This document shows positions 39,398-50,717 of a stretch of 64,000 bases of DNA, one piece after another. How positions within the stretch are numbered: the first letter of the stretch is position 1; each line of letters begins with the position of its first letter. Source of the stretch: Myxococcales bacterium (GTDB lineage: Bacteria > Myxococcota > Myxococcia > Myxococcales > Anaeromyxobacteraceae); contig JAKAEO010000002.1 of NCBI GenBank assembly GCA_021818285.1, positions 13,363 through 77,362 of the forward strand. The letters run 5' to 3'. Below the pieces are notes generated by a model. That model did no database searches. It was not told where the DNA came from and saw nothing but the letters and a program-made list of their open reading frames with translations. A program made the translations under genes and the position numbers.

Positions 39398-39674
39398 GGT
39401 CGGTTCCTCAGGCGTGTGGGGCGCTTCCAAGAGATCCGGGCGGCGCGGGGCCCGGTTGCCCGGCGGCGGGACGGGCCTCGCGCTGCGGCGGGCCGGCCGG
39501 CCACCCCGCCGTCCGTCCGCGGCCCTCCCGTTTGGGGAGCGGGCATCCTGACAAGGCGCGGCCGCCGAGGCAAGCGCTTCCCCGTGCCGCGGCGCGGCGT
39601 CTCGGCGCGGCGCGTCACGCGGGGCCGGGGGCTGGTAGGCTCCTCTCCGCGGGCCGCCGCCCCGAGGAGGAGCC

Positions 39675-40919
39675 ATGTTCGACTTCCTGCTGACCGACGC
39701 CCAGCGGGCGCTGCGCGAGGAGGTGCGGGACCTGGTCCGCTGGGTCCCGCGCCAGATGATCCTGGACATGGACCAGGAGAAGATCCGCTTCCCCACCGGG
39801 TTCCTCCGCGAGGCGGGACGGCGCGGGCTGATGGGCGTGCGCTACCCGCGGCGCTGGGGCGGGCGGGACATGGACTGGGTCACCACCTGCATGGTGATGG
39901 AGGAGGTGGGGACGCTCGGCTACATCTTCGCCTGCGTCTTCGGGATCGGCGCCGAGCTGGTCTGCGACGCGCTGGTGCTCCACGGCACCGACGCCCAGCG
40001 CGAGAAGTACGTGAAGCCGCTGCTGCGCGGCGAGATCTTCGCCGCCGAGTGCCTCACCGAGCCGCGCGGCGGCTCCGACTTCTTCGGCACCACCACCGTG
40101 GCCGAGGACCGGGGCGATCACTTCGTGGTGAACGGCCAGAAGCGCTTCATCGTCGGGGCCGAGGCGGCCGACTACTTCCTGGTCTACGCCCGCACCGACC
40201 CGGAGGCGAAGCCGCACGAGGGCATCAGCTGCCTCATCGTGGACAAGGGGCCGGGGGTGGAGGTGAAGTACCTCTACGGGCTGATGGGCTGCCGCGGGGG
40301 CGGCGCCGCCCGGATGGTGTTCCGGGACGTGGTGGTGCCGAAGGAGAACGTGGTCGGCCGCCTGAACGGCGGGGCCGCGGTCTTCGACACCATGATGGTC
40401 CCGGAGCGGCTCGGCACCGCCGCCATGACCATCGGCGCGGCCCGGCCGGCGCTGGAGATCGCCACCGGCTACACCCTGAAGCGCAAGGCCTTCGGCCAGC
40501 CCATCCACCAGTTCCAGGGGGTGAGCTTCCAGGTGGCGCAGGCGGCGACGCTGCTCGACGCCTCCCGCGCGCTGGTGGACGCCACCAGCCGGGCGGTGGA
40601 CCGCGGCGCCGACCGCGCCACCATCCGGCGGATGGTCTCGGAGACCAAGAAGTTCGTCACCGAGTCCTGCCAGCAGGTGGCCCACCACGCCATGCAGGTG
40701 ATGGGCGGCATCGGCTACACCGACGTCTTCCCGGTGGAGCGCATCGTCCGCGACCTGCGGCTGGCCTCGATCTGGACCGGGACCAACGAGGTGATGGCGA
40801 TGATCACCGCCAGCGAGTGGTACCGGGACTTCAAGACGGCGCGGGCCGCGGCCCGCCTCCGCCCCCACGAGGAGGACGCCATCTCCGCCGACCGGCTGGA
40901 GGAGAAGGACTTCGGGTAG
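39675..40919 (+). CDS. Acyl-CoA dehydrogenase
   Basis: 414 aa with the acyl-CoA dehydrogenase N-terminal, middle and C-terminal domains; ...[12 protein letters not shown]...; the catalytic region is near IWTGTNEV. Confidence 0.85.
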   Translation: MFDFLLTDAQRALREEVRDLVRWVPRQMILDMDQEKIRFPTGFLREAGRRGLMGVRYPRRWGGRDMDWVTTCMVMEEVGTLGYIFACVFGIGAELVCDALVLHGTDAQREKYVKPLLRGEIFAAECLTEPRGGSDFFGTTTVAEDRGDHFVVNGQKRFIVGAEAADYFLVYARTDPEAKPHEGISCLIVDKGPGVEVKYLYGLMGCRGGGAARMVFRDVVVPKENVVGRLNGGAAVFDTMMVPERLGTAAMTIGAARPALEIATGYTLKRKAFGQPIHQFQGVSFQVAQAATLLDASRALVDATSRAVDRGADRATIRRMVSETKKFVTESCQQVAHHAMQVMGGIGYTDVFPVERIVRDLRLASIWTGTNEVMAMITASEWYRDFKTARAAARLRPHEEDAISADRLEEKDFG

Positions 40920-41268
40920 CGGTGAGGCATGGACCCATCCGGCTGCGGACGCGGTTGCGCCTGCGGCAGCGGTTCCGGCTTCGGCTGCGGTAGCGGTTCC
41001 GGCCGCGGCTCCCGGGTGCGGATGCGGCCGCGGCCCCGTGTGACAGCCGGCAGAGCCGTCGGCGGGAGCAAAGACCGGCTGGCGCGGGGCGTGCGCCTTC
41101 CGGCAACCCCACCCGAAAAGGAGCCGGGCGAGGGATCGACAGGGGCGGCGGGGCATGATCCCCGCGGACATGAAGAAGCCCCCGTCCTGGTCACCGACCC
41201 AGGGGTTCCTGCTTCCGTCCTCGCCGCAAGGGGCTATGCGTCTTCGCCGAAACGCCCCGAAGCTCGAC

Positions 41269-41559
41269 TCATCGGAGGCCCGGCGATTCAGCCGCATTGG
41301 CCGCAGGACAGGACGTGACGTCTACCCACGTGTAGTCAGTGCCGTATCGCCCGAGATTCTGGTACCGGCGGGCGCTTCCACAGACGTCCATCTCGACCGA
41401 GCGGCCGTCGTCGCTGCGGCGCGTGACGGCGATGCGCTCCGGTGCGCAGCGATGGTCGAACGACGCCTGGCGAATCACGGGGGCCGCACCGATGCAGGCT
41501 GAAGCGGGACAGAGCGTGACGAGGAGAAGTGCCGCTGGGAAGGAGAGACGCAAAGCCAC
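41269..41559 (-). CDS. Small secreted Cys-containing hypothetical protein (96 aa) in a lower-GC insert
   Basis: The signal peptide is MALRLSFPAALLLVTLCPASAC. The mature part has four Cys. It lies directly downstream of the lipoprotein gene on the same strand. Confidence 0.4.
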   Translation of the reverse strand: MALRLSFPAALLLVTLCPASACIGAAPVIRQASFDHRCAPERIAVTRRSDDGRSVEMDVCGSARRYQNLGRYGTDYTWVDVTSCPAANAAESPGLR

Positions 41560-41565
41560 ACCTCC

Positions 41566-42849
41566 CTACTGCTGACCTATCCACGTCCACGTATTCGCAC
41601 CTGGGTCAGAGACCCAGCCGACGATGGCGTAGCCGCGTCTGAGAAGCGGATCGACCTCCAGTTCATTGGTGGTGACGAGCAGAGGCCGCGCGATGGTATC
41701 CCCGGCGACGCGCGAACCTACGAAGATCAGGCCTCCCCCGCCGTCTCGGCCGAGCGCGGTGATCACGTAGCCGTCGGACGCTATCGTGGCGGCGACCGAT
41801 GCCGCATTGGCCAGCGAGGCGCTTCGAACCGTGGTCTCGTACGTCGTGGACGGCGCGCCGGTCCATCCATAGGCCAGGAACTCGGCTGCACCTGCGCGAT
41901 GGGCGATGGCGGTGACGACCCGGCCTGCGGAGCCCTCCTTGCCGACCTCGTCCGCGAGAGAGTCGAGTGGCACTGCCTGATGGTGAACGAGATCGAACCC
42001 GCCAACGCCAGGTATCTCCGCACGCGAAAGCGCGTAGGTGTTGTTCGCCTCCTCCACGTCCAGCGAGGTGACCACGCCGGCCGCAGAGCCGAGAACCGCA
42101 TCGAGCGAAACAAGAGAGCCCGAGGAGTACACGGCGGTCACGGCGTACTGTACGTATTGCGGCCATGCAGCCAAGAAGAACCAGGAGCACGTGCCATCAG
42201 GCGGAGGAGCGCACGAACCAGGCCCCATGAGCAGCGGCGTGCCCGCCAGGCCGCCCAGCGTCACGCGCCCCGACAGGAAGTTCGAGATGAACTGCGGAAC
42301 TCGAACGGGCGCGGCATCGACACCCTGGAAGCGAAGATCTCCTGCTGGAGGCGCCCTGGGTGCTTGGCTCACCGTGAGAGTGGCCGTTCCACTCGTCAGG
42401 GACCCAACGCCGTCGGACACGACAACCCGGAACGCCGTCCCGTTGTCGGCCACCTCGGCCGGCCGGGTCGTCAGAACGGCCTGGACGGCTCCCGGAATCG
42501 ACTTGCCGTTCCAGTACCACTGATACCGCAGCGCCGAGGATGACTCAGCTGACACCGTGAACGTCGCTGGTTCCCCGACGCCAACCGTCTGGCTCACAGG
42601 TTGCGAAAGGATACTTAGAGCCTTTGCGGCGTGTTCCGCTCCACCACACGAAACGCAGGCCACGGCAAGGACAGCCGCGACGCCACGAAGCCACCAGGCA
42701 TCGACTTTCCCGGACAGCACGGTCCCTGTAGAGCGTATGCGACACCCGAGCCCGAGGCGGCCGGAGCGAGCCTGGCAGGGCGGCCTCACGGACAGGCCTG
42801 GCATTACCGAGATCCGCATGGCACTCGAAGTAGATACTCTTCGCTTCAC
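41566..42849 (-). CDS. Probable lipoprotein with Ig-like/beta-sandwich repeats (hypothetical); start uncertain
   Basis: A hydrophobic stretch ending in the lipobox-like sequence AVLAVAC|VSCGG lies about 50 aa into the ORF. The mature region is Thr/Ser/Gly/Val-rich. The region is lower-GC (about 60%). Confidence 0.5.
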   Translation of the reverse strand: MKRRVSTSSAMRISVMPGLSVRPPCQARSGRLGLGCRIRSTGTVLSGKVDAWWLRGVAAVLAVACVSCGGAEHAAKALSILSQPVSQTVGVGEPATFTVSAESSSALRYQWYWNGKSIPGAVQAVLTTRPAEVADNGTAFRVVVSDGVGSLTSGTATLTVSQAPRAPPAGDLRFQGVDAAPVRVPQFISNFLSGRVTLGGLAGTPLLMGPGSCAPPPDGTCSWFFLAAWPQYVQYAVTAVYSSGSLVSLDAVLGSAAGVVTSLDVEEANNTYALSRAEIPGVGGFDLVHHQAVPLDSLADEVGKEGSAGRVVTAIAHRAGAAEFLAYGWTGAPSTTYETTVRSASLANAASVAATIASDGYVITALGRDGGGGLIFVGSRVAGDTIARPLLVTTNELEVDPLLRRGYAIVGWVSDPGANTWTWIGQQ

Positions 42850-43111
42850 GTGTCAAGGACGTTGAGTGAGAACGGATGGATTGCTTTGCCAGACCCGCTT
42901 GGCATTCCATCAGTGAACTCCGCGCACGCGCAGGCTCGGGCCGAGACGTGATGAAGTGGCTGCGACTTCTTGTCGCGAGGTCGACCTCGGGCAAGTCCCG
43001 GGAACGTCCCGGCCGGCTCGAGGACCCGGGCGCCGAGCACCGTCGCCCGGCGCGGAGCCCCGATTCCCGAGCGGCTCCGATCGGTCGGCCGCCGAACGAT
43101 CGGCGTCGTCC

Positions 43112-44199
<1,088 letters not shown>

Positions 44200-44203
<4 letters not shown>

Positions 44204-45597
44204 GGCGCCTCCTCCCGGTAGCGATCGGCGGTGAAGCGGTAGAGCCGCGTGCCCGGCAGCCAGCCCGGCGGCAGCCCGGCCTTGGCGCGCAGCCGGGCCA
44301 GGAACTGGCGCGGGTCGGGGAGCTGCTCCCACATCGACGGGATGAAGACGCCGCGGCGCCCGGCCGCCTGGAGCACCAGGCCGTCCACCCCCGGCCGCAG
44401 CGACCGGAGCGCCTCCTCCTCGCCGTCGGCGGGCAGCGGCTCGAGGGGGGAGAGCACGCTCACCTCGATCTCCAGCCCGGGCAGCTCCTCCGGCCGGACC
44501 GGCGGGAAGCGCGGGTCCTCGGCGGCGGCGGAGGCGGCGCTGCGGACGATCTCCTCGAAGAGGGTGCCGCGGGGCTCCAGCGAGCCGACGCAGCCGCGCA
44601 GCGCCCCGTCCCGGTGCAGGCTCACGAAGCAGCTGCGCCGCTCCTCGAGCCAGGGCTCGCCGGGCGGGAGCGCCGGGGGCCGTCCCCCGGCCCGGGCCGC
44701 GGCCAGCGCCTCCCGGGCGACGCCCACGGCGACGCCGGCCCGCCGCCGCTCCTCGGGCTCCCCCAGGCGCCGGACCGCGACCTCGGGCTCGTGCACCGCG
44801 AAGGCGCCGTAGCCCACCACCGCGTGCCGGTCGCCCCCGGTGTCGCCCGAGCTGCGCAGGTCGAGCTGCTCCAGGACCAGGGAGCGGCGGCGCGCCACCA
44901 CCAGCAGCCCCTGCAGGCCGCAGCGCCCGCAGGCCTGCTCGAACTCCAGCCCCTCGGCGTCGAGCGCCAGGATCTGCCGGGCGGTGCGCCGGTCCAGGGC
45001 CCGCCCCTCCTCGTAGGAGAGGTAGTGGGAGAGGTCGGTGGAGATCACCACCAGCGTCTCGGGGCCGCCCCAGAGCGCCTCCAGCACCTCGGCGACGTCG
45101 GCCGGGGAGGCCCGCCCCACCGCCAGCGGCACCAGGGTGAAGCGGCCCAGCACCTCCTGCAGGAAGGGCAGCTGCACCTCCAGCGAGTGCTCCAGCCCGT
45201 GCGCGGCGGCGCTGCGCGTGACTTGCGGGAAGCCCGCCGCCCGGCGGGCCCCCGCCTCCTCCACCGGGACCTCGCCGAGCGGCGTCTGGAACCGCGCCGC
45301 CTCGGGGAGCGCCAGGCCCGCCACCGGGACGTGGTGGGCCGGGCCGGCCATCACCACGCGCTCCACGGCCGGGCCGGGCGCGCGCAGCTGGGCGTAGGCG
45401 GTGGCGGCCACCGGCCCGGAGTAGACGTAGCCGGCGTGGGGGACGACCAGCCCCTTGGGGCGCCGGGCTCCCGGGGGCGGCGCCGCGGCGAGCAGGCGGG
45501 CCACCTCGCCGCGCAGCGCCTCCGGGGTCCGCGGGTAGAAGGTCCCGGCCACGGCCGGCGGCCGCACCGTCGCGGCGCTGGTGGCGCGGGCGGCCAC
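44200..45597 (-). CDS. Fusion of MEMO1-family protein (AmmeMemoRadiSam protein B) with a C-terminal AMMECR1 domain (protein A)
   Basis: The N-terminal half is AGTFYPRTPEALRGEV...VPHAGYVYSG...ISTDLSHY (MEMO1). The C-terminal half is ...CFVSLHRDGALRGCVGSLEPRGTLF...GVFIPSMWEQ (AMMECR1). 465 aa. Confidence 0.8.
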
Positions 45598-45606
45598 GGC
45601 CCTCGC

Positions 45607-46053
45607 CTAGGCCTGCTCCTGCTCCTGGTACTCGTGCTCCACCACCTGGCGCGCCACCTCGGCGGCGCGGGCGTCCTCGCCCTCGGCCCGGAGCATGTCG
45701 GCCAGCGTGAGCGCGCCCAGCAGCCTCCCGGTGCGCTCCTCGCAGACCAGGATGCGCGGCTTGTGGGTCTCGTTCATCAGCTCCTCGGCGCGCTCCACGT
45801 CGTCGCTGTCGAAGCAGGTGATGGGGTGGATCTCCATGACGTCGCGCGCCGGAACCTTGGAGGGCTGCAGGTCGCCGGCGCAGACGGCGCGGACGATGTC
45901 GAAGTCGGTCACGACTCCGACCGGCCGCCCGGCGTCGTCGCAGACGGGGACGAACTCCATCCCCACGTCGCGCATCCGCATCGCGATCACGTGCACGGGG
46001 TCATCCATGCGAAACGCCTCGATACCGGTCTTCATCGCGTCCTTGCACCTCAT
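45607..46053 (-). CDS. CBS-domain pair protein
   Basis: The ATG at 46053 is preceded by a GGAGG RBS. A tandem CBS domain pair is present (two CBS repeats). Confidence 0.7.
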   Translation of the reverse strand: MRCKDAMKTGIEAFRMDDPVHVIAMRMRDVGMEFVPVCDDAGRPVGVVTDFDIVRAVCAGDLQPSKVPARDVMEIHPITCFDSDDVERAEELMNETHKPRILVCEERTGRLLGALTLADMLRAEGEDARAAEVARQVVEHEYQEQEQA

Positions 46054-46249
46054 GGGACACCTCCGTCCGCTCGGCGTCGGCAACGGTCGTCGGCGCTTCG
46101 GAAAGGATGCGCCCATTTTTGGGGAGGGGATGGGGACCCGGCGGGGATCGCCCGAACGGGTGATCCCCGATCGCGCAGCCGCCCGGGACGGGTATGGTGC
46201 GCGGCGGGAGCCGGCGCGTCGGCCGGCCCGGAGCGCGGGGAGGCGGTGC

Positions 46250-48403
46250 GTGAATGCACTCGTGGTGATGTCCGTCGCGCTGGCCGCGGCGGCGGGCGGC
46301 GCGGCGCCGCCGGCCGGCGACGGCGTGGAGCTGGCGGGGCCGGAGGCGGGCGGCGTGAGCGTGCCGAGCGCCCCCGGCGCCTGGGGCGGGGAGCGGACCG
46401 GGCGGGAGCCGACCCTCTCCGACCGCGTCGCCGACTACGAGCTGCGCGCCGTCCTCGACCCGGTGAAGCACACCATCGACGGCACCGAGCGGCTCACCTG
46501 GCGCAACCGCAGCGCCGTCGCCGTCCGCAGCCTCTACCTGCACCTCTACCTGAACGCCTTCGAGTCCGGGGGCTCCACCTTCCTCACCGAGCGGGCGCGC
46601 CTCGGCGCCTCCCGCGGCGGCGCCCGGATCGAGAAGGGGGAGTGGGGCTCCATCGAGCTGCGCGCGGTGTCCCAGGGCGGGAGGCCGGTGCCCTGGCGTT
46701 TCGTCCACCCCGACGGCGGCCCCGGGACCGACCACACCGTGGTGCGCCTCGACCTGCCGGAGCCGGTGGCGCCGGGCGCGACCACCGTCCTCGACGTCCG
46801 CTTCCTCGACCAGCTGCCGCGGGTGATCGCCCGCACCGGCTGGTTCGGCCGCTTCCACCTGGCCGGGCAGTGGTACCCGAAGATCGGGGTGCTGGAGCTC
46901 CCGGGCGAGCGCGGCGCCGTCCGGCCGCGCTGGAACTGCCACGAGTTCCACCTGAACAGCGAGTTCTACGCCGACTTCGGCAGCTACCGGCTGGAGGTGG
47001 TGGCGCCGGCCGGCTTCACGGTGGCGGCGAGCGGCCTCCCCGACGGCGCCCCGCGGGCCGGCCCGGAGGGCGTCGTCCACCGCTTCCGCGCCGACGACGT
47101 CCACGACGTGGCCTTCACCGCCTGGGACGGCTTCGCCCCGCCCCTCGCCGCGACCTGGCGCGGCCCGGGGAGCCCCGAGGTCCGGGTCCAGGTGCTCTTC
47201 CCGCCCGAGTACGCGGCCCAGGGGCGCGAGGCGCTCCAGGCCACCGTCGACGCCCTGGGCTTCTTCTCCCGCACCCTGTTCCCCTACCCCTACGCCGCCG
47301 TCACCTGCGTGATCCCGCCCTTCAACGCCGTCGAGGCCGGGGGCATGGAGTACGAGACCTTCTTCACCTCGATGGCCGCGAACTCCTTCCCGCGCGACAC
47401 CTCCGGGTTCACCCGCTACGTCACCGTCCACGAGTTCGGCCACGGCTACTTCATGGGGCTCGTCGCCAGCAACGAGTTCGAGGAGCCCTTCCTGGACGAG
47501 GGGCTGGACGAGCTGTGGGACGTGCGGATGCTGGAGGGAGAGCGGCTGGTCCCCCGCCTGCCCGCGGCGCTGCGCCTCCTCGGGCTCGGCCTGCCCGCCT
47601 TCGGGCTCCTCGATCTCGAGCGGCTCACCGGCGGCACGCGCCACCCCGCCGACGCCCTGGCGCAGAGCTCCTGGAACCGCTGGTCGACCGGCACCTACGC
47701 CTCGATCTACCCGCGCACCGTGCTCGCCTTCCGCGACCTGGAGCGGGAGGTCGGCGCGGGGCCCTTCGCCCGCGGCATGGCGCTCTACGCGCGGCGCTGG
47801 CGCTTCCGCCACCCCTCCACCGCCGACCTGGAGGCGGCGCTGGTGGACGGCGGCGCCGACCCGGCCCGGGTGCGCCGCTTCTTCGCGCAGCAGGTGTACG
47901 GGGTGGCCCAGCCCGACGACCGCCTGGTGCACCTCGACTCGACCGAGCTCCTGCCCGTGGCCGGGCTGGTGGAGCGGGACGGCAAGCGCGTCGAGCGGGA
48001 CGCGAAGGCGATCGCCCGAGAGGTGGCCGAGCGGCGCCGGGCGTGGCGCGCGGCGCACGGCGCCCCGGCCGACGGCAAGCCCGGTCCCTTCCCCTGGCTC
48101 ACCGTCGTCGAGGCGCGGCGCATGGGCGCGCTCGACCTGCCGCACGAGCTGGTCGTCACCTTCGAGGACGGCTCCACCCGCAAGGCCGCCTGGCCGGCCG
48201 GGGAGCGCTGGGGCCGCTGGAGCTTCGAGGCGCCGGTCCCGGCGCGCGCGGCGAAGCTGGACCCCGGCGCGGCATGGGCCACCGACCTCGCCCGCCTCGA
48301 CGACGGCCGCACCCGCAAGGCGGTGCCCGCCGCGGCCCGCCGCTGGGGGGCCGACGCCTGGGCCTGGCTGCAGCTCCTCTTCGCCGCCGCGGAGGCCCTG
48401 TGA
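46250..48403 (+). CDS. M1-family zinc metallopeptidase (secreted)
   Basis: The HEFGHGYF...E zinc-binding motif is present. There is an N-terminal signal-like sequence, and a GTG start after a GGGGAGG RBS. Confidence 0.8.
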   Translation: MNALVVMSVALAAAAGGAAPPAGDGVELAGPEAGGVSVPSAPGAWGGERTGREPTLSDRVADYELRAVLDPVKHTIDGTERLTWRNRSAVAVRSLYLHLYLNAFESGGSTFLTERARLGASRGGARIEKGEWGSIELRAVSQGGRPVPWRFVHPDGGPGTDHTVVRLDLPEPVAPGATTVLDVRFLDQLPRVIARTGWFGRFHLAGQWYPKIGVLELPGERGAVRPRWNCHEFHLNSEFYADFGSYRLEVVAPAGFTVAASGLPDGAPRAGPEGVVHRFRADDVHDVAFTAWDGFAPPLAATWRGPGSPEVRVQVLFPPEYAAQGREALQATVDALGFFSRTLFPYPYAAVTCVIPPFNAVEAGGMEYETFFTSMAANSFPRDTSGFTRYVTVHEFGHGYFMGLVASNEFEEPFLDEGLDELWDVRMLEGERLVPRLPAALRLLGLGLPAFGLLDLERLTGGTRHPADALAQSSWNRWSTGTYASIYPRTVLAFRDLEREVGAGPFARGMALYARRWRFRHPSTADLEAALVDGGADPARVRRFFAQQVYGVAQPDDRLVHLDSTELLPVAGLVERDGKRVERDAKAIAREVAERRRAWRAAHGAPADGKPGPFPWLTVVEARRMGALDLPHELVVTFEDGSTRKAAWPAGERWGRWSFEAPVPARAAKLDPGAAWATDLARLDDGRTRKAVPAAARRWGADAWAWLQLLFAAAEAL

Positions 48404-49260
48404 CCGCCTCCGGGAGCTTCCGCCGCGCCTTCGCCCGCGCCGCCGGCTGGCGGCTGCTGCTGATCTTCGCCGTGGCCAGCGCCGTCCCGGCGCTGCTGGC
48501 GGCCCTCCCCGTCTGGTCCTTCCTCTCGGCCCAGCTCGACCACGCCCTGCACGCCGCCGCGCTGGCCCGGGCCCTCGACGCCTCGGCGCTCGGCGACCTG
48601 CTCCACGCCCAGGCCGCGGTCCCGGGCGGCGCCGCCGCCCTCCCCACCGGGCTCGCCGCCGGCGCCCTGGCCGCCTTCCTGCTCGCGCCGGTCCACGCCG
48701 GCGCGGTGCTGGCCGCGGCGCGCACCGGCGAGCCGATGCCGCTGCGCGAGCTGCTGCGCGGCGCCGGCGAGCACTACGGGCGGCTGCTGCGGCTGGCCCT
48801 GGTCGGCCTCCTCCCGCTGGGGCTGGCCGGCGCCCTCTCGGCCGCCGTCCTGCGGCTGGCGCGCCACGCCGGCGAGCGGGCGGTCACCGAGGCCGCCGCG
48901 CGGCAGGCGCACCTCGCCGCCCTCGGCGCGGCGGCCCTCCTGGTCTGGCTCGCCCACCTCACCCTCGACGCCGGCCGGGCCCAGCTCGCCGTCCGCCCGT
49001 CGCGGAGCAGCGCCCTCCTCGCCTGGGGAGCGGGGCTGCGGCTGCTCCTGCGCCGGCCGCTCGCCGCCGGGTGGCTCGGGCTCGCCGGCACCGCCGCCGG
49101 CCTGGGCGGGGCCCTGGCCGTCACCGCCCTGCGGCAGCGCCTGCTGCCCGGCACGGCGGGGCTGTGGCTCTCGCCGGTCGCCGCCGCCTTCGTCGGCTGG
49201 GGACACGGGGCCCGGCTCCTGGGCCTCGCCGCCGTCGGCCGTGCCGACGCGGGCGCGTGA
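48400..49260 (+). CDS. Polytopic membrane protein (hypothetical)
   Basis: The GTG start overlaps the M1 peptidase stop and follows a GGAGG RBS. At least six hydrophobic Ala/Leu-rich helices are predicted. Confidence 0.5.
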   Translation: MTASGSFRRAFARAAGWRLLLIFAVASAVPALLAALPVWSFLSAQLDHALHAAALARALDASALGDLLHAQAAVPGGAAALPTGLAAGALAAFLLAPVHAGAVLAAARTGEPMPLRELLRGAGEHYGRLLRLALVGLLPLGLAGALSAAVLRLARHAGERAVTEAAARQAHLAALGAAALLVWLAHLTLDAGRAQLAVRPSRSSALLAWGAGLRLLLRRPLAAGWLGLAGTAAGLGGALAVTALRQRLLPGTAGLWLSPVAAAFVGWGHGARLLGLAAVGRADAGA

Positions 49261-49290
49261 TAGGCTTCGGCGTTCACGAGGAGGAAGGCC

Positions 49291-50340
49291 ATGGCCCTGT
49301 GGGATGCCGTCAAGAAGCAGTTCCTCGACGTCCTGGAGTGGACCGAGACCGACGACCAGACCCTGGCGTGGCGCTTCCCCATCCAGGACAACGAGATCCA
49401 GAGCGGCGGCCAACTCACCGTCCGCGAGTCGCAGGTCGCCCTCTTCGTGGACCAGGGGCGCGTCGCCGACTCCTTCAAGCCCGGCCGGTACCTGCTCACC
49501 ACCCAGAACCTCCCCGTCCTCACCACGCTGAAGTCCTGGCCCTTCGGCTTCAACAGCCCCTTCAAGAGCGAGGTCTACTTCTTCTCCACCCGCCAGAAGC
49601 TGGGGCAGAAGTGGGGCACGCCGCAGCCGGTGGCGGTGCGCGACCGCGAGCTGGGCTCGGTGCAGCTGCGGATGTTCGGGACCTTCGCCTACCACCTCGC
49701 CGACGAGAAGATCTTCTACAAGGAGATCAGCGGCACCCGCGAGGTGTACCGGACCGAGGACCTGGCGGCGCAGCTCGTCCCGGTCATCACCGTCAACGCC
49801 GCCACCGCCTTCGCCCAGAGCGGGGTGCCCTTCCTGGACATGGCGGCCAACCAGCAGGCCCTCTCCGCCGAGCTGCAGAAGCGGCTGGCCGAGCCCTTCG
49901 GCAAGCTGGGGGTGGCGCTCGACGCCTTCGTGGTGGAGAGCATCACCCTGCCGGACGCCCTCCAGGACGCGCTGGTGCAGCGCCAGTCCATGGGCATCGT
50001 CGGCGACCCGGCCCGCTACGCGCAGTACCAGGCGGCGCGCTCCATCCCCATCGCCGCCGGGAACCCGGGCGGCATCGCCGGGATCGGCGCCGGGGTGGGG
50101 GCGGGCGCGGCCATCGGGCAGATGATGGGCGCCGCCATGGCCGGCACCGTCGGCGCGGTCGGCGGCGCCGCCGCGGCCGCCGCGGCGGCGGCCTGCGTCG
50201 CCTGCGGCAAGCCCATCGCCGCCGGCGATCCTTTCTGCAAGCACTGCGGCAAGCCCCAGCAGCGCGCCTGCCCGCAGTGCCAGGCCGAGGCGCCGGCCGG
50301 CGCCGCCTTCTGCCCGAAGTGCGGAGCCAAGCTCGCGTGA
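49291..50340 (+). CDS. SPFH/band-7-like domain protein with C-terminal Gly-Ala-rich segment and double zinc ribbon
   Basis: MALWDAVKKQFLDVLEWTE...; the C-terminus has CVACGKP...CKHCGKP...CPQC...CPKCG. Confidence 0.7.
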   Translation: MALWDAVKKQFLDVLEWTETDDQTLAWRFPIQDNEIQSGGQLTVRESQVALFVDQGRVADSFKPGRYLLTTQNLPVLTTLKSWPFGFNSPFKSEVYFFSTRQKLGQKWGTPQPVAVRDRELGSVQLRMFGTFAYHLADEKIFYKEISGTREVYRTEDLAAQLVPVITVNAATAFAQSGVPFLDMAANQQALSAELQKRLAEPFGKLGVALDAFVVESITLPDALQDALVQRQSMGIVGDPARYAQYQAARSIPIAAGNPGGIAGIGAGVGAGAAIGQMMGAAMAGTVGAVGGAAAAAAAAACVACGKPIAAGDPFCKHCGKPQQRACPQCQAEAPAGAAFCPKCGAKLA

Positions 50341-50717
50341 GCGCCGCGGCGCCGCCCGCCACCGGCACCGAGTGGATCGTCGAGGCGCGGGGCTGCCGTC
50401 CCGAGGCGCTGCGGTCCGAGGCGGCGCTGCGCGCCCTCTTCGACCGCGCCGTGGCCGAGCTGGGGCTGAAGCCGGTGGCGCCGCCGGTGTTCCACCGCTT
50501 CCCGGCGCCCGGCGGGCTCACCGGCGTCCTGCTGCTCGCCGAGTCCCACCTCACCTGCCACACCTTCCCGGAGAGCGGCTACGCGGCGCTGAACCTCTAC
50601 TGCTGCCGGCCGCGGCCGGCCTGGGACTTCCCGGCCCGCTGCGCCGAGCTCCTCGGCGCCACCGGCACCGAGGTCCGGACGGTGGTCCGCGGGGGCCTGG
50701 CGGGGGGGCCGCGGTGA
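50337..50717 (+). CDS. speH: S-adenosylmethionine decarboxylase proenzyme (small bacterial SpeH/SpeD type)
   Basis: GVLLLAESHLTCHTFPESG carries the self-processing ES|H site that generates the pyruvoyl group. Confidence 0.8.
   Translation: MSAAAPPATGTEWIVEARGCRPEALRSEAALRALFDRAVAELGLKPVAPPVFHRFPAPGGLTGVLLLAESHLTCHTFPESGYAALNLYCCRPRPAWDFPARCAELLGATGTEVRTVVRGGLAGGPR

Noticed and set aside
37676-40993. 1105-aa plus-strand ORF
   Set aside because: It is antisense to the carboxyltransferase and off-frame through the acyl-CoA dehydrogenase, with low-complexity composition.
44614-49260. 1548-aa plus-strand ORF
   Set aside because: It is antisense or off-frame across the AmmeMemoSam fusion, CBS and M1 peptidase genes, with Arg/Gly/Pro-rich low-complexity sequence. 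Only its last 287 codons (48400-49260) coincide with a plausible membrane protein, which was called separately.
47785-50244. 819-aa minus-strand ORF
   Set aside because: It is antisense to the M1 peptidase, membrane protein and SPFH genes, with extreme Arg/Gly/Glu content.
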